A stretch of DNA of 63,987 bases, counting the filler, from Microthyrium microscopicum (lineage: Eukaryota): NCBI GenBank assembly GCA_010405405.1. It is 5 parts of 4 records of this genome, joined end to end, with 100 filler letters (N's around TTAATTAATTAA, not from the genome) between each part and the next. Parts side by side here need not be neighbours in the genome. Positions count along the whole stretch, not along the records: positions 28,666 to 57,592 come from MU004232.1; 4 more parts are not named here. One strand, given 5' to 3'. A model generated the notes under the pieces. The model was not told the origin of the DNA. It was given only the letters and a program-made list of their open reading frames with translations, and did no database searches. The first letter of the stretch is position 1. Each line of letters begins with the position of its first letter. Shown piece after piece: positions 40,969 to 54,700 of the stretch. Made by a program: the position numbers and the translations under genes.

Positions 40969-43900
40969 GCATAGGATTTAAACTTATAACCTTAACTTTA
41001 TATAATAGTAGAGTTATATACTACTATTATACTAGTATAATAAAATTTTAGACTAAATTATAGTACTAAAGTTAAAATAAATTTAAGGTTAGAGTTTATA
41101 GTTTTTAAATATATACTACTATATACTACTACTACTAATATTTAGCTACTATCTACCTTAATTCTAGTTTTACTTAAACCCTCCTACCTAAAATTTACTT
41201 AGTAAAAATATACTAAAGTTAAAATAAACCTAAGAAAATTCCCTAAAAAAATTCTTAGCTATCTATTTTAATTCCTAATACTAATATTTAGTATCTACTC
41301 CTAATACTAAAATCTAATATATACTATTCTTAGTACTTAGCTCTTATTAGCTTTAACTACTAGTATATATATTTAATATCTACTTTCTAATTTAGTTCCT
41401 AGCTCTTAGCTTTAGTTCCTAGCTTTTTAACTTCTATATACGTTAACTCTTATCTACTTTAACTCCTATCTACCTTAACTCTTAATACTAATATATACTT
41501 AAGTACTTCCTTTTTTAGTATTATAGCTAGTTATTAAATTAAATTTAGTAGTACGTCTTAATAATAAAGCTTAATATTAGTTAAAGTATTTTATTTTTAA
41601 AAGTATAAGAACTATACTCTATTCTAATATTATTCTTTATTATTTCTAGATTAATTAACCTTATTTAGAGACTATCTTCTATATTTAGGAATAAATAGGA
41701 AATAATATATTTAGTAGATGTTTTCTAATAATATATTAATCTTATTATAAGACTTAGATAGAGAGCTTAAAGGCATATTTATAGATAGATTAGCTTAAGT
41801 AAACTATATTTCTTATATTAATTTCTATAAGGTTTTACTATTACCTTAGGTATAAAGATACCTATTAGTATCTACGTATCTATTTATATCTATTTTAACT
41901 TCTAATACTAATATTTAATATTTCTTCCTAGTTTCTAGCTTCTATACTTATATATAAAGTTAACTATTATTCTTAAAGTAGTACTAGTTTATTATACTAC
42001 TTATAAAGGTAATTATAGTATTATTTACGTGCTAGCTAAGCCTAATATATATATTACTTATATTTATAGCTTCTTTCTTTACTTTTCTTATTCTATACTT
42101 CTCTTTTTTTTCTTTACTTTACTACCTCTATCTTTTTCTCTTCTACTCTCTACTCTCTATAATAGTTTATATTATAGTAATATATAAAATAAGTAAATAA
42201 GTAAGTTAATTTTATATAGAAAGTCTTACTATATATACTAATCTATAAATCTTATTTTAGCTATATTACTATATTAAGTACTTAGTAAGACTTTATAGTT
42301 AAGGCTTTTAATATTATTAATTAGAGAGTAAGTACATAAAGTACTATAGTATATATACTAATAGTAAGATTTAATAATAGTATCTTCTATTTATATCTAG
42401 CTATTAATACTTATAATATAGCTATTTAGTTACGCCTTTATAGTAAAACTTAATATAAACGTAGCTCTATTTAGTTATAATAGCTATATAATTAAAGTTA
42501 TTACTAATATCTTTAATAATTAGCCTAATCTTACTATAGACTATAATAGTATTAATTATAAAGTTAGCTATAATAGATACTATTTATATAGTACTAGAAA
42601 ATACTTTTATATTTATCTTTATATAAGTAGTTTATAGAAACCTAATATTTAATAAGCTATTACTAAATATAATATATAGACTATTAGCTAGAAATAATTA
42701 AGTAGCTAGCTATAGTTTCTTATTTATATATAAGTCTAAACTAAAATTATATTTTAGTTAGTACTAATACTATACTAGTATTAAGGTTATCTAATAAAAA
42801 TATAATAACTCTATAGCCTTTTTTAATAATAAAGCTAAGTATATACTAGACTCTAAGATTATTTTAAAACTACTATAAATAATAAAAGTAGTTACTAAAT
42901 AACTAGCTAAAAGCATAATAGCGTCTAACTCTTAGGGCCTTTAGAACTAAGAGTTTAAAGTACTTTGTTCTAATAGAGAAGTCTATTAAATAGATTCTTA
43001 AGGTATTAACTTTTAAGTTTTAATAATTAGTACTATCTATATAGATAGTATAAGCCTAATTATAGATAAAATATATCTTAAAACTTAAATAATAATAATA
43101 ATTTAGTACTAAAGTTATAATTTAGATTATAGTTTAGAACTTAAGTAATAAGAATTAACTACTTATTAACCTATATAGATAATATAGAATTATAACTTAG
43201 TATAAGATATATATTAATCTTATACTATAATTCTATTATACCTCTTTAAGGTAATAATAAAAGAAGCGTAAAATATTATTATATTTATTTAAATTAAACT
43301 TTAGAGGTATATAAAACCTATAACTTAGTATAATATACTACTTTAGGATTATACTTTTTATATACCCCTTTATAGTAATAGTAAAAGAAACGTAGTATAC
43401 TAATTTAAGGTTATAACTTTTATATATCTCTTTATAATAATAAGAAAGAATTATAGTATACTAGTTCTAAGCTATAGTTTTTATTTATCTCTTAAGCTTT
43501 AGTAGTAAAGGAAGTATAATATAGTATTATACTTATAATAAAAAGAAATATTAAGGTATATGTTATATAAGTCATTAATATAGATAAAATTTAAAAACTA
43601 GAAGTAGAATAACTATATATACTAGAATACTTAAGGCTAAAGGAATCTAGCTTAGAGACACTAGAACTTTCTAAACTAGAATCTAGTATTTAATTTTTAT
43701 ATAATAACTATAGGTAAGAAAGGTTAGAGAACTAGGCTACTACTTACTTAAAATAGACTAGTTACTTAATAGTAGTTTTATATTAATATTAATAACCTTA
43801 AGAACTTACTATACGTTATAATTATAACCTTAATATTTTAATTACTATTTATAACAATATAGTAATAGTAGAAAATACTTTAACGTAAGTAAGTAACTTC

Positions 43901-44884
43901 TAGTCTTTAGGTTAGATATAGTAACTAATTAAGTATTACTTTGCCCTTATTTAATCCTATATAATAAATTAAAATATAAATACCTTATATACTAAATCTC
44001 TATCTTTCTCTTTCTATATCTACTAATACTTAATCTATATTTATAATATTTATTATTATAAGCCTTATAAGTCCTTTACGTAAAGCTTACTACTTATACG
44101 AAATAATAAAAGAGTAAATAGAAGAGTAAATAGAAGGGCTAATAGAAAAGTAAATGTAAGCTAAACTAGATATATACCTTAAAGAATTACTTAGATTTTA
44201 TAACTCCTCGTAATTAATAATCTTACTAGAGCTAATACTAGCTAATATAATAGTATAGAATATTAAATTATAGGAAGATTTTAATCTTAATAATATAGAC
44301 TAGCTATATAACTTTATCTAAATATTTATAATTCTATATATATATAGTTAACCTTCCTAATATTTTATAACTAATAATAATAATAATAATAATAATAGTA
44401 ATAATGTTAATAGTAATAATAATAATAGTAATAAAGGTCTTAGGTACTTAGATACGTTAGATAAGGATAACTTAGACTTAGAGAATAATATAGACTTAGA
44501 GGGTTTAAGTTTTAATAAAGATTAGAGTTATAACTCTAATAACTAATAGTTATTATAATTTAAGTTAAATTATAGAATAATATTTATACTTTAAATACTA
44601 AAGTAAATAGATGGATTTAAATTAAAATTAATAAATTTAATATTTAACTTCTTTATTATATCTACTACTAATATAACTCTCTTCTACTAATACTAACTTA
44701 TAATAATAAGAATATAATAACTCGCTATAGTAATAATTATAATTAAGATATAAATAGATTAAGAATATATATAGAAATAATACTAGTATAAGTATAAATA
44801 ATAATAACGTATATAATATTAATAGTATTATTTAATAAACTATACTTAAAAAGTTAACTAGACTAAACTTTTAGTACTCTAAAC

Positions 44885-45130
44885 TCTTAGCTAACCCTAG
44901 GCTAACTCTAGGCTAACTCTAGGCTAACTCTATATATAGGCAAGCTAATATTTAAATCCTAGGCTAGTATTTAAACTTAGGCTAACCTTAGGCTAACCCT
45001 AGGCTAACTCTAAGCTAACTCTATATATAGGTAGGCTAATATTTAAACCTTAGGCTAATATTTAAACCTTAGGCTAGTATTTAAACTATATACTAACCTA
45101 GGCTAACCTTATATTAACTCTATACTAATC
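44885..45130. repeat. 11-bp minisatellite GCTAACYCTAG mixed with gctaRtatttaaacctta units
   Basis: gctaaccctag gctaactctag gctaactctag at 44890-44932, repeated at 44981-45022. Confidence 0.85.
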
Positions 45131-45729
45131 TAATGTTTAGTATTAAGAATAAAATAGAGGGTAATATATAGGAATAAGTTAAATTTCTTAGAAATATATA
45201 TATTATTCTAGTAGTTCGTACAAATTATAAAATATTCTAGATAAAGCTTAAGATATATATTTTTAACTCTGCGTAAAAAAGTTTTAATAAAAGTATAATT
45301 CTTTATATAATTACTAACCTCTTTTATAGGCCTAGTTATATATAGTAATCTAGTTTAATACTATTTTAAGGTATTAAACGACTAGTCTAATGTTTACTAG
45401 ATAGAGCTTACTAGATTAACGTTATTATACTAGGTAAATTACTAGTCTAAACTATAATTTAATAATTTTTAAACTTATAGAACTTAGTAAACTCTATAGT
45501 TTAATCTTAGCGCTTAGTAGTAGAAGTACTTTAATAAGTAGTTTACTTTTAGTAGTTAATAAGTATAACTAATTAATGTAGATACTTTATTTACTTAATC
45601 TAGTTATAAATTTAAGTATAAACTAACTACTAATCTTATAGTTATTAGTAGGAGTAGCGCGCTTAGAAGTAGCTTTAGTACTACCTACTTTATAAAGAGT
45701 AGTTCTAATAGTAGACGCTATAGTTAAAT

Positions 45730-46395
45730 ATTAGTAGAACTCTAATTACTATTAAAGACCTTTAAACTTTTAAACTACTTAATTAGCTTAATGACGAAAT
45801 TATTAATAGCTTCTTTACTAAGCTTTACGAAAAGGCTAAGTCTAAACTTACTAAATAGATAAAAATAGTAGGAACCCTAATTAAAGACGATATCTTATAA
45901 TATTATATACTTAATACCTATTAGTTCCTTAAGATATAATAATAAGATAGTATTAAAAAGATTGCTTGCTAGATAAAGCGCTAAAAAATTAGTAGAAAGA
46001 ATCTTTTTAGTATTTATAAACTCTTTATTCTAATTTATTAAGATAGTTACTAGACGCTACTAACTATCCTTTTTTAATAACGTTAAGTACGTTAGTATAA
46101 CTCCTTATTTATTAGTAAAGGACTTATTCTTACTTTAGCTAAAGAAATACTTTAATATAAGTTAGGTAACGCTTAAGATAAGAGTAAATAGATATTTAAG
46201 AAAGTAAAGAGTAGTTATTAATAAAACTCTTTAGATTATAGTGCCTTTACCCTTATAAATACTTAGGCTACCTTCTACTTTAATAACCTACCTAATATTC
46301 TTTTTAACTAATATAGTAAAGTAATGTAATAATTAACTAGTTTAATTATCTTTTATAGTAGCTTTAAAGGCGACTTTAACTTAAAGGCCTAGTAT
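45730..46395 (+). pseudogene. Ulp1/SENP-family (peptidase C48) SUMO protease catalytic domain, RIP-inactivated
   Basis: In one frame: N*LNDEIIN at 45781-45807 (WLNDEIIN), IAC*IKR (RWTKR), LFILIY*DSY*TLL at 46021-46062 (FIPIHxxxHWTL), YNSL at 46096-46107 (YDSL), **NSLDYSAF at 46219-46248 (QQNSSDCGAF), then SSFKGDF (GGFxGDF). Confidence 0.9.
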
Positions 46396-46705
46396 AGTAG
46401 CTTTTATTTAGAAACTCTATAAAATATTTCTAACTATCCTTTTTATAGAGTATAATATTAGTAGAGAGCTTATCTACTATAGAGGATAGCCTATTCTTTT
46501 CTTAACTTAATATACTCTTCTTATTAATATATATATATTCCTAATTAAAGATTATCCTCTTATTAATAATATAATCTCTTACTATTACTAGTTCCTATCG
46601 TTAGTAATATATCCTATTATTATAGATATATTCTATTATTATAGATATAGCCTCTTATTAGAGATATATTAAAAAGACTAATAGCTATAGCTTAATCTAC
46701 TTTAG

Positions 46706-47756
46706 TAGTAATTACTATATATAAGCTAGTATAGAATAAGGAAGTTACTATTAACCCTAGTTTCTTAGTATAAGTTAAAAAGGACTAGCTAGTAGTATAG
46801 AAGAGGGTAAATAGTAGTTTCCTAACTTCTAATTATTTTAATTACCTCTTATTAACTATAGTATTTACTTATAAGCTATTCCTTTAAGTATTTATAGTAT
46901 ATCTAATAACTTAGACTTTTTATAAAGGGTAATAAGTATACTTAATACTATATAATTAGACTAGAATAAGCTAAGTATTAGAATAATAGTAGTATCTTAG
47001 AAGAGATAGTTACCTAAAGTTATATAAGTATAATATTAATAAAGTTATCTTAGAAGGTATATATAATATTAATAAAGTTGTCTTAGAAGGTATAATAGCT
47101 ATAGTATTAACTTTACTATTATTAAAGAAGGAGCTATCTTTTAATGCTCTACTTCTAGAAGTTCTATTAAGACTAATTTGCTATTACTAATATAGCCTAC
47201 TTATCTACTTAAATAAAAATACTCCTAATACCCTATTCTAGTATTATAAGGTATAAAGTATATTTTAACTATAGGCTCCTTATAGGTAACTATAATTTAG
47301 AGATAAAGTAGATTTTTTATAGAACTTAATCTTAGCCTAGTTTAGTAATAATTACTATATATAAGCTAGTATAGAATAAGGAAGTTATTATTAACCCTAG
47401 TTACTTAGCATAGGTTAGGAAGGACTAGCTAGTAGTAGAGAAGGCTACTTGTTTACTTTTAATACTCTATTCTAATATAAAATATAATTTAATTATAGGC
47501 TCCTATAAGTAACTATAATTTAGAAACAAAAAAGTTTTCTATAGAACTTAATCTTAGCCTAGTGTTGCTATAGCTACTATATCTTCCTTCTCTATAGCTA
47601 CTACGTTCTCTACTACTATATTTACTTTCTCTACCTTAGGTATAGTTATAGGTAATATAATTTAGCTTGCTACCTATAAGAATAGTTAGTATATTCTGCT
47701 TAGTAATAATTACTATATATAAGCTAGTATAGGATAAGGAAGTTACTATTAACCTT
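46706..47756. repeat. Dispersed direct repeats (~55-100 bp, three copies) downstream of the Ulp1 domain
   Basis: taattactatatataagctagtatagRataaggaagttaYtattaacc at ~46709, ~47349 and ~47707. A second duplicated block lies at ~47265-47342 and ~47490-47562. Confidence 0.9.
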
Positions 47757-47988
47757 AATATAAGTAGTAAGATAGAATAAGTAATAAGATAGAACGTAAA
47801 ATTAAGGTAAATAAAGCTATTTAAAATAATAAGGGACTTATCTATATCTTGTAAGTCCCTCCTAATATTTTAACTAATATACTTACTTCCCTATTAGAGT
47901 TATTATTCTACTATATACTACTAGTAAAGGACCTATTCTTACTTTATTATACCTAGCGTTATTATTAAGATATATACTAAGTATTAGT

Positions 47989-48270
47989 AAAGTTAACTAT
48001 ATAACTACTATATAGTAATAAATTCTTAGGCTATAGTTTTTAGGTACTTTTTAAACTATAGAGTATATATATATTTTAAGTACTATAAAATATAAAGTTA
48101 ACTATATAACTACTATATAGTAATAAATTCCTAAGCTATAGTTTTTAGGTTCCTTTTTAACTAATATAATTAAACTCTTTTAATAATAGTAAAGGTTTAG
48201 TAAAGTTAACTCTAGAGCTGCTATATAGTATAGAATTTTAAGGCTATACTTTATAGAGACTCCTTTATAT
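47989..48270 (-). repeat. ~105-bp tandem array (3 units) with the reverse-oriented motif
   Basis: aaagttaact...ctatatagta...taRgctataGttt at 47989, 48094 and 48202. Confidence 0.85.
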
Positions 48271-49539
48271 TACTTTATACTAACCCTATACTAACTTTGT
48301 ACTAATTTTATACTAACTCTATACTAACTTTATATTAATACTACTTAAACTCTAAACTACCTATACCTATTCTATAATTAGTACTTATTACGTAAACTAA
48401 TATCTTCTAAGATATTAATTTTATATACTATTCTAACCTTATCTATACTATTATATATATACTAAATATCTTTGCCTAAATATAATACTAGATAGTACTA
48501 AGGCTTATCTAAATTCTATTACGTTTAATAGAATAAAACGTTATAATTATAGTAGACCCTCTTTATAAATTATTAAGAAATTAGTAATCTTATTAAAGGG
48601 TAGTAGCTATTACTATATAAGCTTAAAATCTAGATATTATTATCCTAAGCCTTAAGAGTAGGCAACGATATAGAATATAATTAAGGCTATTTAGGTATAA
48701 TTAAAGTATACCTCTAGTAGTTATATTATAACTAACTCTAACTAGATTATAAGAGATTGTATTTAATTCCTTAACTCCTCTACCTATTCTACTACTTTAA
48801 GTCTAGATAGTATTAAGCAACTTTCTAGACGTAGTTTAAAACTAATAGAATTACGCTATAGTAACTAACTCTATACTTAAGCTAAATAACCTTCCTTTTA
48901 TTACTATTACTATTTATTTTCTACCTACTTATAATATAAGATACAAACATAATAGTAATAATTACTATAAGGAAAGAGATATAGATAATATATAATTTAA
49001 GAGTAATATACTATATAATAACGTAGCAAATTACGTTAAAAATATAGATAAATTATACTTAAGTAGTAGTAATAATAAATTCTTATACTCTACTAAATAT
49101 ATAGATAGCCTAGATATCTCTTTACTCTAATATAGTAATAATAAGGAATTCTATAGTAATAAGTTATAGTCTATACTACTAATAGAAATAACTTATATTA
49201 ATAATATTATAGTAGATACTCTTAATCTTAATATTTATATAGCTACTTAAGATAATACTTAGTAGAGAGATATCTTATATTATTAGACAATACCTTATCC
49301 TTTACTTAAAGATTACTAGTTTATATTATAAGAAATAGATGACTTTATATTCTAATATTATAATTATTTATTTAACTATCCTAATACTAGCTATCTATTA
49401 GTTAGTAGTCGTTTATCCTCTTTATCTACTCTACTAGATTTACCTTTTCTAGTAGTAGATATAATTAAGCTAAACTATACTTATTCTTTAAAGTTAATAT
49501 TTAAAGAGTAGAATAGTCTTATGCTCTTATAATTCCTAA

Positions 49540-51400
49540 ATAGCATAATAGTAGAAAAGAACATAATATAGGCTATCTAAGTACATAAGTCCTATATACT
49601 ATTAACTAAGAACTAATATAAACTATAATATTTAATATTTTATAATAAGGAATAGATACTACGCCTTAGTCTTAAATAATTATAAGTTCTAAACCTAAAT
49701 AAGATTTATATATATAGAGTCTATAATTAAGATAGTATTATACTTTATCTATCTTTACTAGCTATATATAAAGGTAGGATTAATATTTTAACGTTCCTTA
49801 GGTACTTTAAAACTAATTATATTAAATATAAATATCCTATTTACGTTTTTAATTAAGAATATAATATTATCTAGCTTATTCTAAACCTATATAAGTATAA
49901 GAATATCTATCTTAGAGTTCCTATTTAGGAAGGTAGGTTATTATTAAGATTTAGTATTTACGTTTATTTTCCTAATTTAATATCTCGTAGTAGAGAGTAG
50001 TATCTTTATATAAAATAACTTAAATAGTAGTACTAACATATCCTATTTCTAGCTATTAGGGATATTTGTCTAATTAACGTTCTATAGTATATACTCTTTA
50101 ATAAACATTATACGTATATAATAGCTATAGCGTAATAGGAAATAAGAAACTAAGATAACCTAAAGCTAAGCCTAGCTAATATATTCTTTATAATCTAAGG
50201 TAAATACTTTAAATCTCTATAGGATCGTATACTAAATTATAGTAAAAGGTTCTAAAGCGTAAACTTAAGCTAAAAGAATGCTACTACTAAAAATCCTAAA
50301 AATAAATAAGCTAATATTATAACTTATCTATTAGATTAGATAATAAGTTTAGATATATTTAAGAATCTTATTCTTATACTTATATTACATAATAGCAAAC
50401 TGTTATAGAAAGCTAATAACCTTATCTAAGGATTTAGTAACTACTAGGAGTATATAAATTACTATTTTAACCTTTTGTTTATTAGACTATACTATTTATA
50501 TATTAATCTTATATATAAAAATATACTATTTTGCTAAGATACTTATAGTAACGAACTCCTTACTAAGAATATTATACTAGTATTAAAATAAGAATATAGC
50601 AAAAATTAGATTTAGTATTATAGTAATCTTAATACTAGTAATAAGATCTAACCTAAGTAGTTTCTATAGTTTCTTATTAATAAAGTAAGTAATTATAAGT
50701 TTTACTATAAGCCTAATAGTCTAATATATAAGGCTAGCCTAGTAAATAGGAAAGTATATATAATTTATAAAGAAATCTTTAGTACTATTTATAAGGATCT
50801 TATACTATTCTAATATAATTATTTAGAGCAACTTAGTTTGTACTATGTAAATAACTTTAGACTTGCTAGATAATAATGCAACTAGATTAAAAAATACTAT
50901 ATACTTAAGCAACCTATATAAATAACTATTTGCTAATTATAGAGGGCTACTATCTAAGTATATACTAGCTATTAAGCTAGTAAGAGTAGTACGTTTAGAG
51001 TTTATATTAAGTACTAATTTTAAGTTAATATTCTTTATAATTAGTATAAGTAGTCTATATAAAATAAGGACCTTTAAGAAAATAATAAGAATACTATATT
51101 ATATCCTAAGGTAATCTATAGTAACTAAATTTATAATACATATACTTATATCTATACTAGATATAACTTACTAATACTAATCCTAACGTCTTAGAATATT
51201 CTCTATATTAGATACTTTCTACGTCTAAAGTTAACTACTTTATCTAGAAATCTATAAAAAGATAGCTATAGCTAATTTTCCTTACTACTTAATATTTACT
51301 ACTACTAATAATTAACTTATATTATAAATAAGCTACTAATATAGTATAATAGTAATACTTAGCTACTATAGTTATTTGTATTTAAATATTTAAGTTAATT
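49540..51400 (+). pseudogene. Long ORF relic of unknown function (limits approximate)
   Basis: One frame gives IYVYFPNL at 49956-49979, LYINL (=YIDL) at 50496-50510, SLVNRKVY (=GLVxGKVY) from 50736, and TFRVYIKY (=TFGVRIEY) from 50991. It resembles, from memory only, unnamed fungal hypothetical proteins. Confidence 0.5.
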
Positions 51401-51781
51401 TTTAGTAGTCTAGTTATAAGAAATAGTAGCATATAGCGTAAATATATTACTATAGCTTAACCTAACCTTAAAAAATCTAAGATATATTTCTAACTAAGAC
51501 TTAATAAATATACTATTATAAAATAATATAAAATAATTTAATTAAAATAATTATATTTTATCTAGAGCAATATAATTCTAGTACTATAACCTAAAATTAC
51601 TTAAGTACTTATAGTCCTTAACTTATTATACTTAGCCTTAACCTTTTAATAACTAGTTATTTAGTCCTAAGCTCTTTATTTATTATATACTACTTGTTAG
51701 TATAAGAAAGAAACTAAAATTAAAATTACTTTTATCTAAGCTACTTTTCTATATAATTCTTTTAGGTATACTTAGACTATC

Positions 51782-54700
51782 TAGTTTATTAGAGAACTTT
51801 ATTATTAAGTATATACGCGCTAAGTATTTTATAAGTACTATATATTATATTAAAATAAGATAAAATTACTAAAACGACCTAAAGTAGAAGCTATTAACCT
51901 TTAGAGGAACTACTCTCTAGATTTCTTTCTATAAAAGGTTAGATGTCTAATAGATAAAGAGGCTATAAGACTAAAAGGACTTAATATTTCTATTATCTCT
52001 TAACTAATTTAGTATAGATTTATAGTTATAGTAATTAAAGAGTCTAATAAGTCTATAGTATTAATATTAGCTACTAAAATATAATCTAATAGATAATTTA
52101 CTCTATTTTTAATAGACTTTTTAGATTCTACTATATAGCTACCTAGTACAAAACTAGCATAGTATAAGCTATTTTATTAATAATTTATTACTTAAGCTAT
52201 TAATATATATAAGGAGATCTAGACTATTATTAGTCTAGATAAGGTATTAATTATAAAGAAAAGGTAATAATTCTTCTTAGCTATTATATATATTATTAAG
52301 TCTTATATTTAGATATTCTTAAAGACTAAGAATATTAGGTTTACCCTAAAAGTAAATATAGTTACTCTAAGGCAATATATACTACCTAACTATATACTAA
52401 CTTTATAGTAAAAGTTTAGGTATATAATTATTATATTTAGCTAAACCCTTATTAATAAACTAGATATATTCTAAAACCTTTAGCTTTAAAGTATATAACT
52501 AGTAGCATTAGGTTAGAAACGTAGTAATAAAATTATATAACAAAAAGTATATTACTTTATTAGAGCTAATTCTAATAAAATTATATAAGTATTTAAAGAT
52601 AATAAGGAAGTCTAACTATAAGTCTAAGTTCTTAAGTAGAATAAGTAAACCTATTTAGTAGTATAGGCAGAATAAGTTATTAACTTAAATAGTACCTAAT
52701 TCTTTAAACTAGACGTAGCTAATATTAAAGTACCTATATATAAAATACTTTCTTATTATACGCTATAGCTTATATAATATACTTAATAAATTATTAATAA
52801 GTATCTTAATAAGGATAAGTTAGATATAACTAATTATACTAAAAGTATATAGTTAGAAGATATTATTCTCTTTAACGTACTTATAATACCTTTAATATAC
52901 CTTCTTACTAACTTAGAGTTATATATAGAAGAATAGAAGCTAAGTAGCTAGTAAAATAATTATACAAATATGCTTACTAAGATTCTAGAATAGATTAAAG
53001 GACTAGTTAGTATACTTAGACCTTAACTAACTAAAAACTAAATTTAGCGTATAATTAATTAATTAGCTAATAAAATATCTATATTAGATTTTAATTATAT
53101 AAATAACATGCTATAAATAAAGATTAACTATTAGTAAATAGTCCTTATTTAGAACTCTAGTACGAAATTAGAAAACTTATTATTAACTATATTAGGCATA
53201 AAAAAGCGTACCTAATAGGTACGAATTACTATTTATTCTTATAGAGCCTAAGACTAAGTTAATATAGCCTTAGTAGTAGATAGGAGTTTAGTATATATAT
53301 AATAAGAATAAATATATATCTAGACGTAAAAACGTAGATAGATTCCTATAATATAAGATATATAACTATTTCTATATAATTTAAATTATTAACTTATTTA
53401 TATATAAGTTATAATAAACTATTATATTATTCTATAAAATGCCTTTTAGACCTAATTCTCCTAATATCCTTTACCTTATTAAACCTACCTTTATAGCCTT
53501 TATTATCTAATATAATATCTTTTGCGTAGTACTTATAAATAGAAACCTTAATAAAGCCCTTAAAATTATAGTAGAATTAGCAGTATAGGCATTTATTATA
53601 GAAGTTAAGTAAATAATACTTAGTAAGCCTAGATAAAAGCTACCTAGATTTAAATAAATATAGTTAGTATATAGAATATAGGGTAATACTACTATATACT
53701 AGTACTATATAGAGACTATCCTTTATAGTAAGACCTTTTACCTTAAGAAATAATATACTTATAAGTACTATAGACTTAATACTTCCTTAATTAATTATAT
53801 ATACTAGTCTTCTTAGTACATTAATTTTAATATAGCTAATAAGGCATATTTAATTAATATTCTAGGATCTAAAGGTTAATATAAGTAGCTTAGCTTTATT
53901 AATTAGCTCTTCTTAGATCTTTAAATATAGAGAGATTATCTAGGCCTTCTATTTAAAGTTTATCCTAGTTAATATTTTCCTACTATACTTAAGGAAGTTA
54001 ATAGAATGCCTAATTAGAAGGATTTTAGTTACTATAAATTTATTAAGGCACTATATAGTATATTAAATAACTAGGAACTAACTAGCCTTAATGAGTAAAA
54101 CAAACTTAGTATATAGTTAAGAGATACTATACTCTAAAAGGTATCTATTATACTAAACATTATACTTATTTATAATAGTAGTAAGTTTCTTAAAACTATA
54201 AAGCCTAGTAAAGAGGCTAAGAAAACTAGATAACGTATTCCTTATTCTTTTTAATTAGGGCTATTTTTTGCTATATATATTAACATTCTTAATACTAATA
54301 CTTTTACTTTACTAAAAGAGATATATAATAACTTCTATACTATTATAGCTAGCAGATTAAATTAAGTAGCAACTAATACTATAATTACTAAGGCTAATAA
54401 AGCTAGTATACTTTTAGTTACTAATCTAGGACTTTTGTCTTAACTAGAAGTAGTTAGTTTTAGTTAAAAGGACTAGCATCTTTATTATTATTATAGTGTA
54501 TAATACCTATATAGTATATATAAGAGATTAGTACTATATAGCAAGTATCTTTAGTACTATAAAGCTATTAATAATTTTATTCTTAGCTTAGACTACTAGT
54601 AAGATCTTTTTATAGCTAAACTAATTATATGTCTATATACTATAAGTAATATCTAATCTAGATAAGTTATATAGTTTATTAAAATAAGTAATAATAATAA

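Larger units (their letters stand above)
31500..51781 (+). mobile_element. 20,282-bp multi-gene repeat unit, unclassified (candidate large DNA element)
   Basis: The sequence restarts at 51782, a third diverged copy exists, the whole unit is RIPed, and it carries several plus-strand ORF relics and motif arrays. True termini were not seen. Confidence 0.6.

Noticed and set aside
44371..44432. (AAT)n microsatellite
   Set aside because: Most likely a RIP-converted poly-Asp/Asn codon run, which is unremarkable in this context.
44885..45130. True telomere tract
   Set aside because: The period is 11 bp, not (TTAGGG)n, and the tract is internal.
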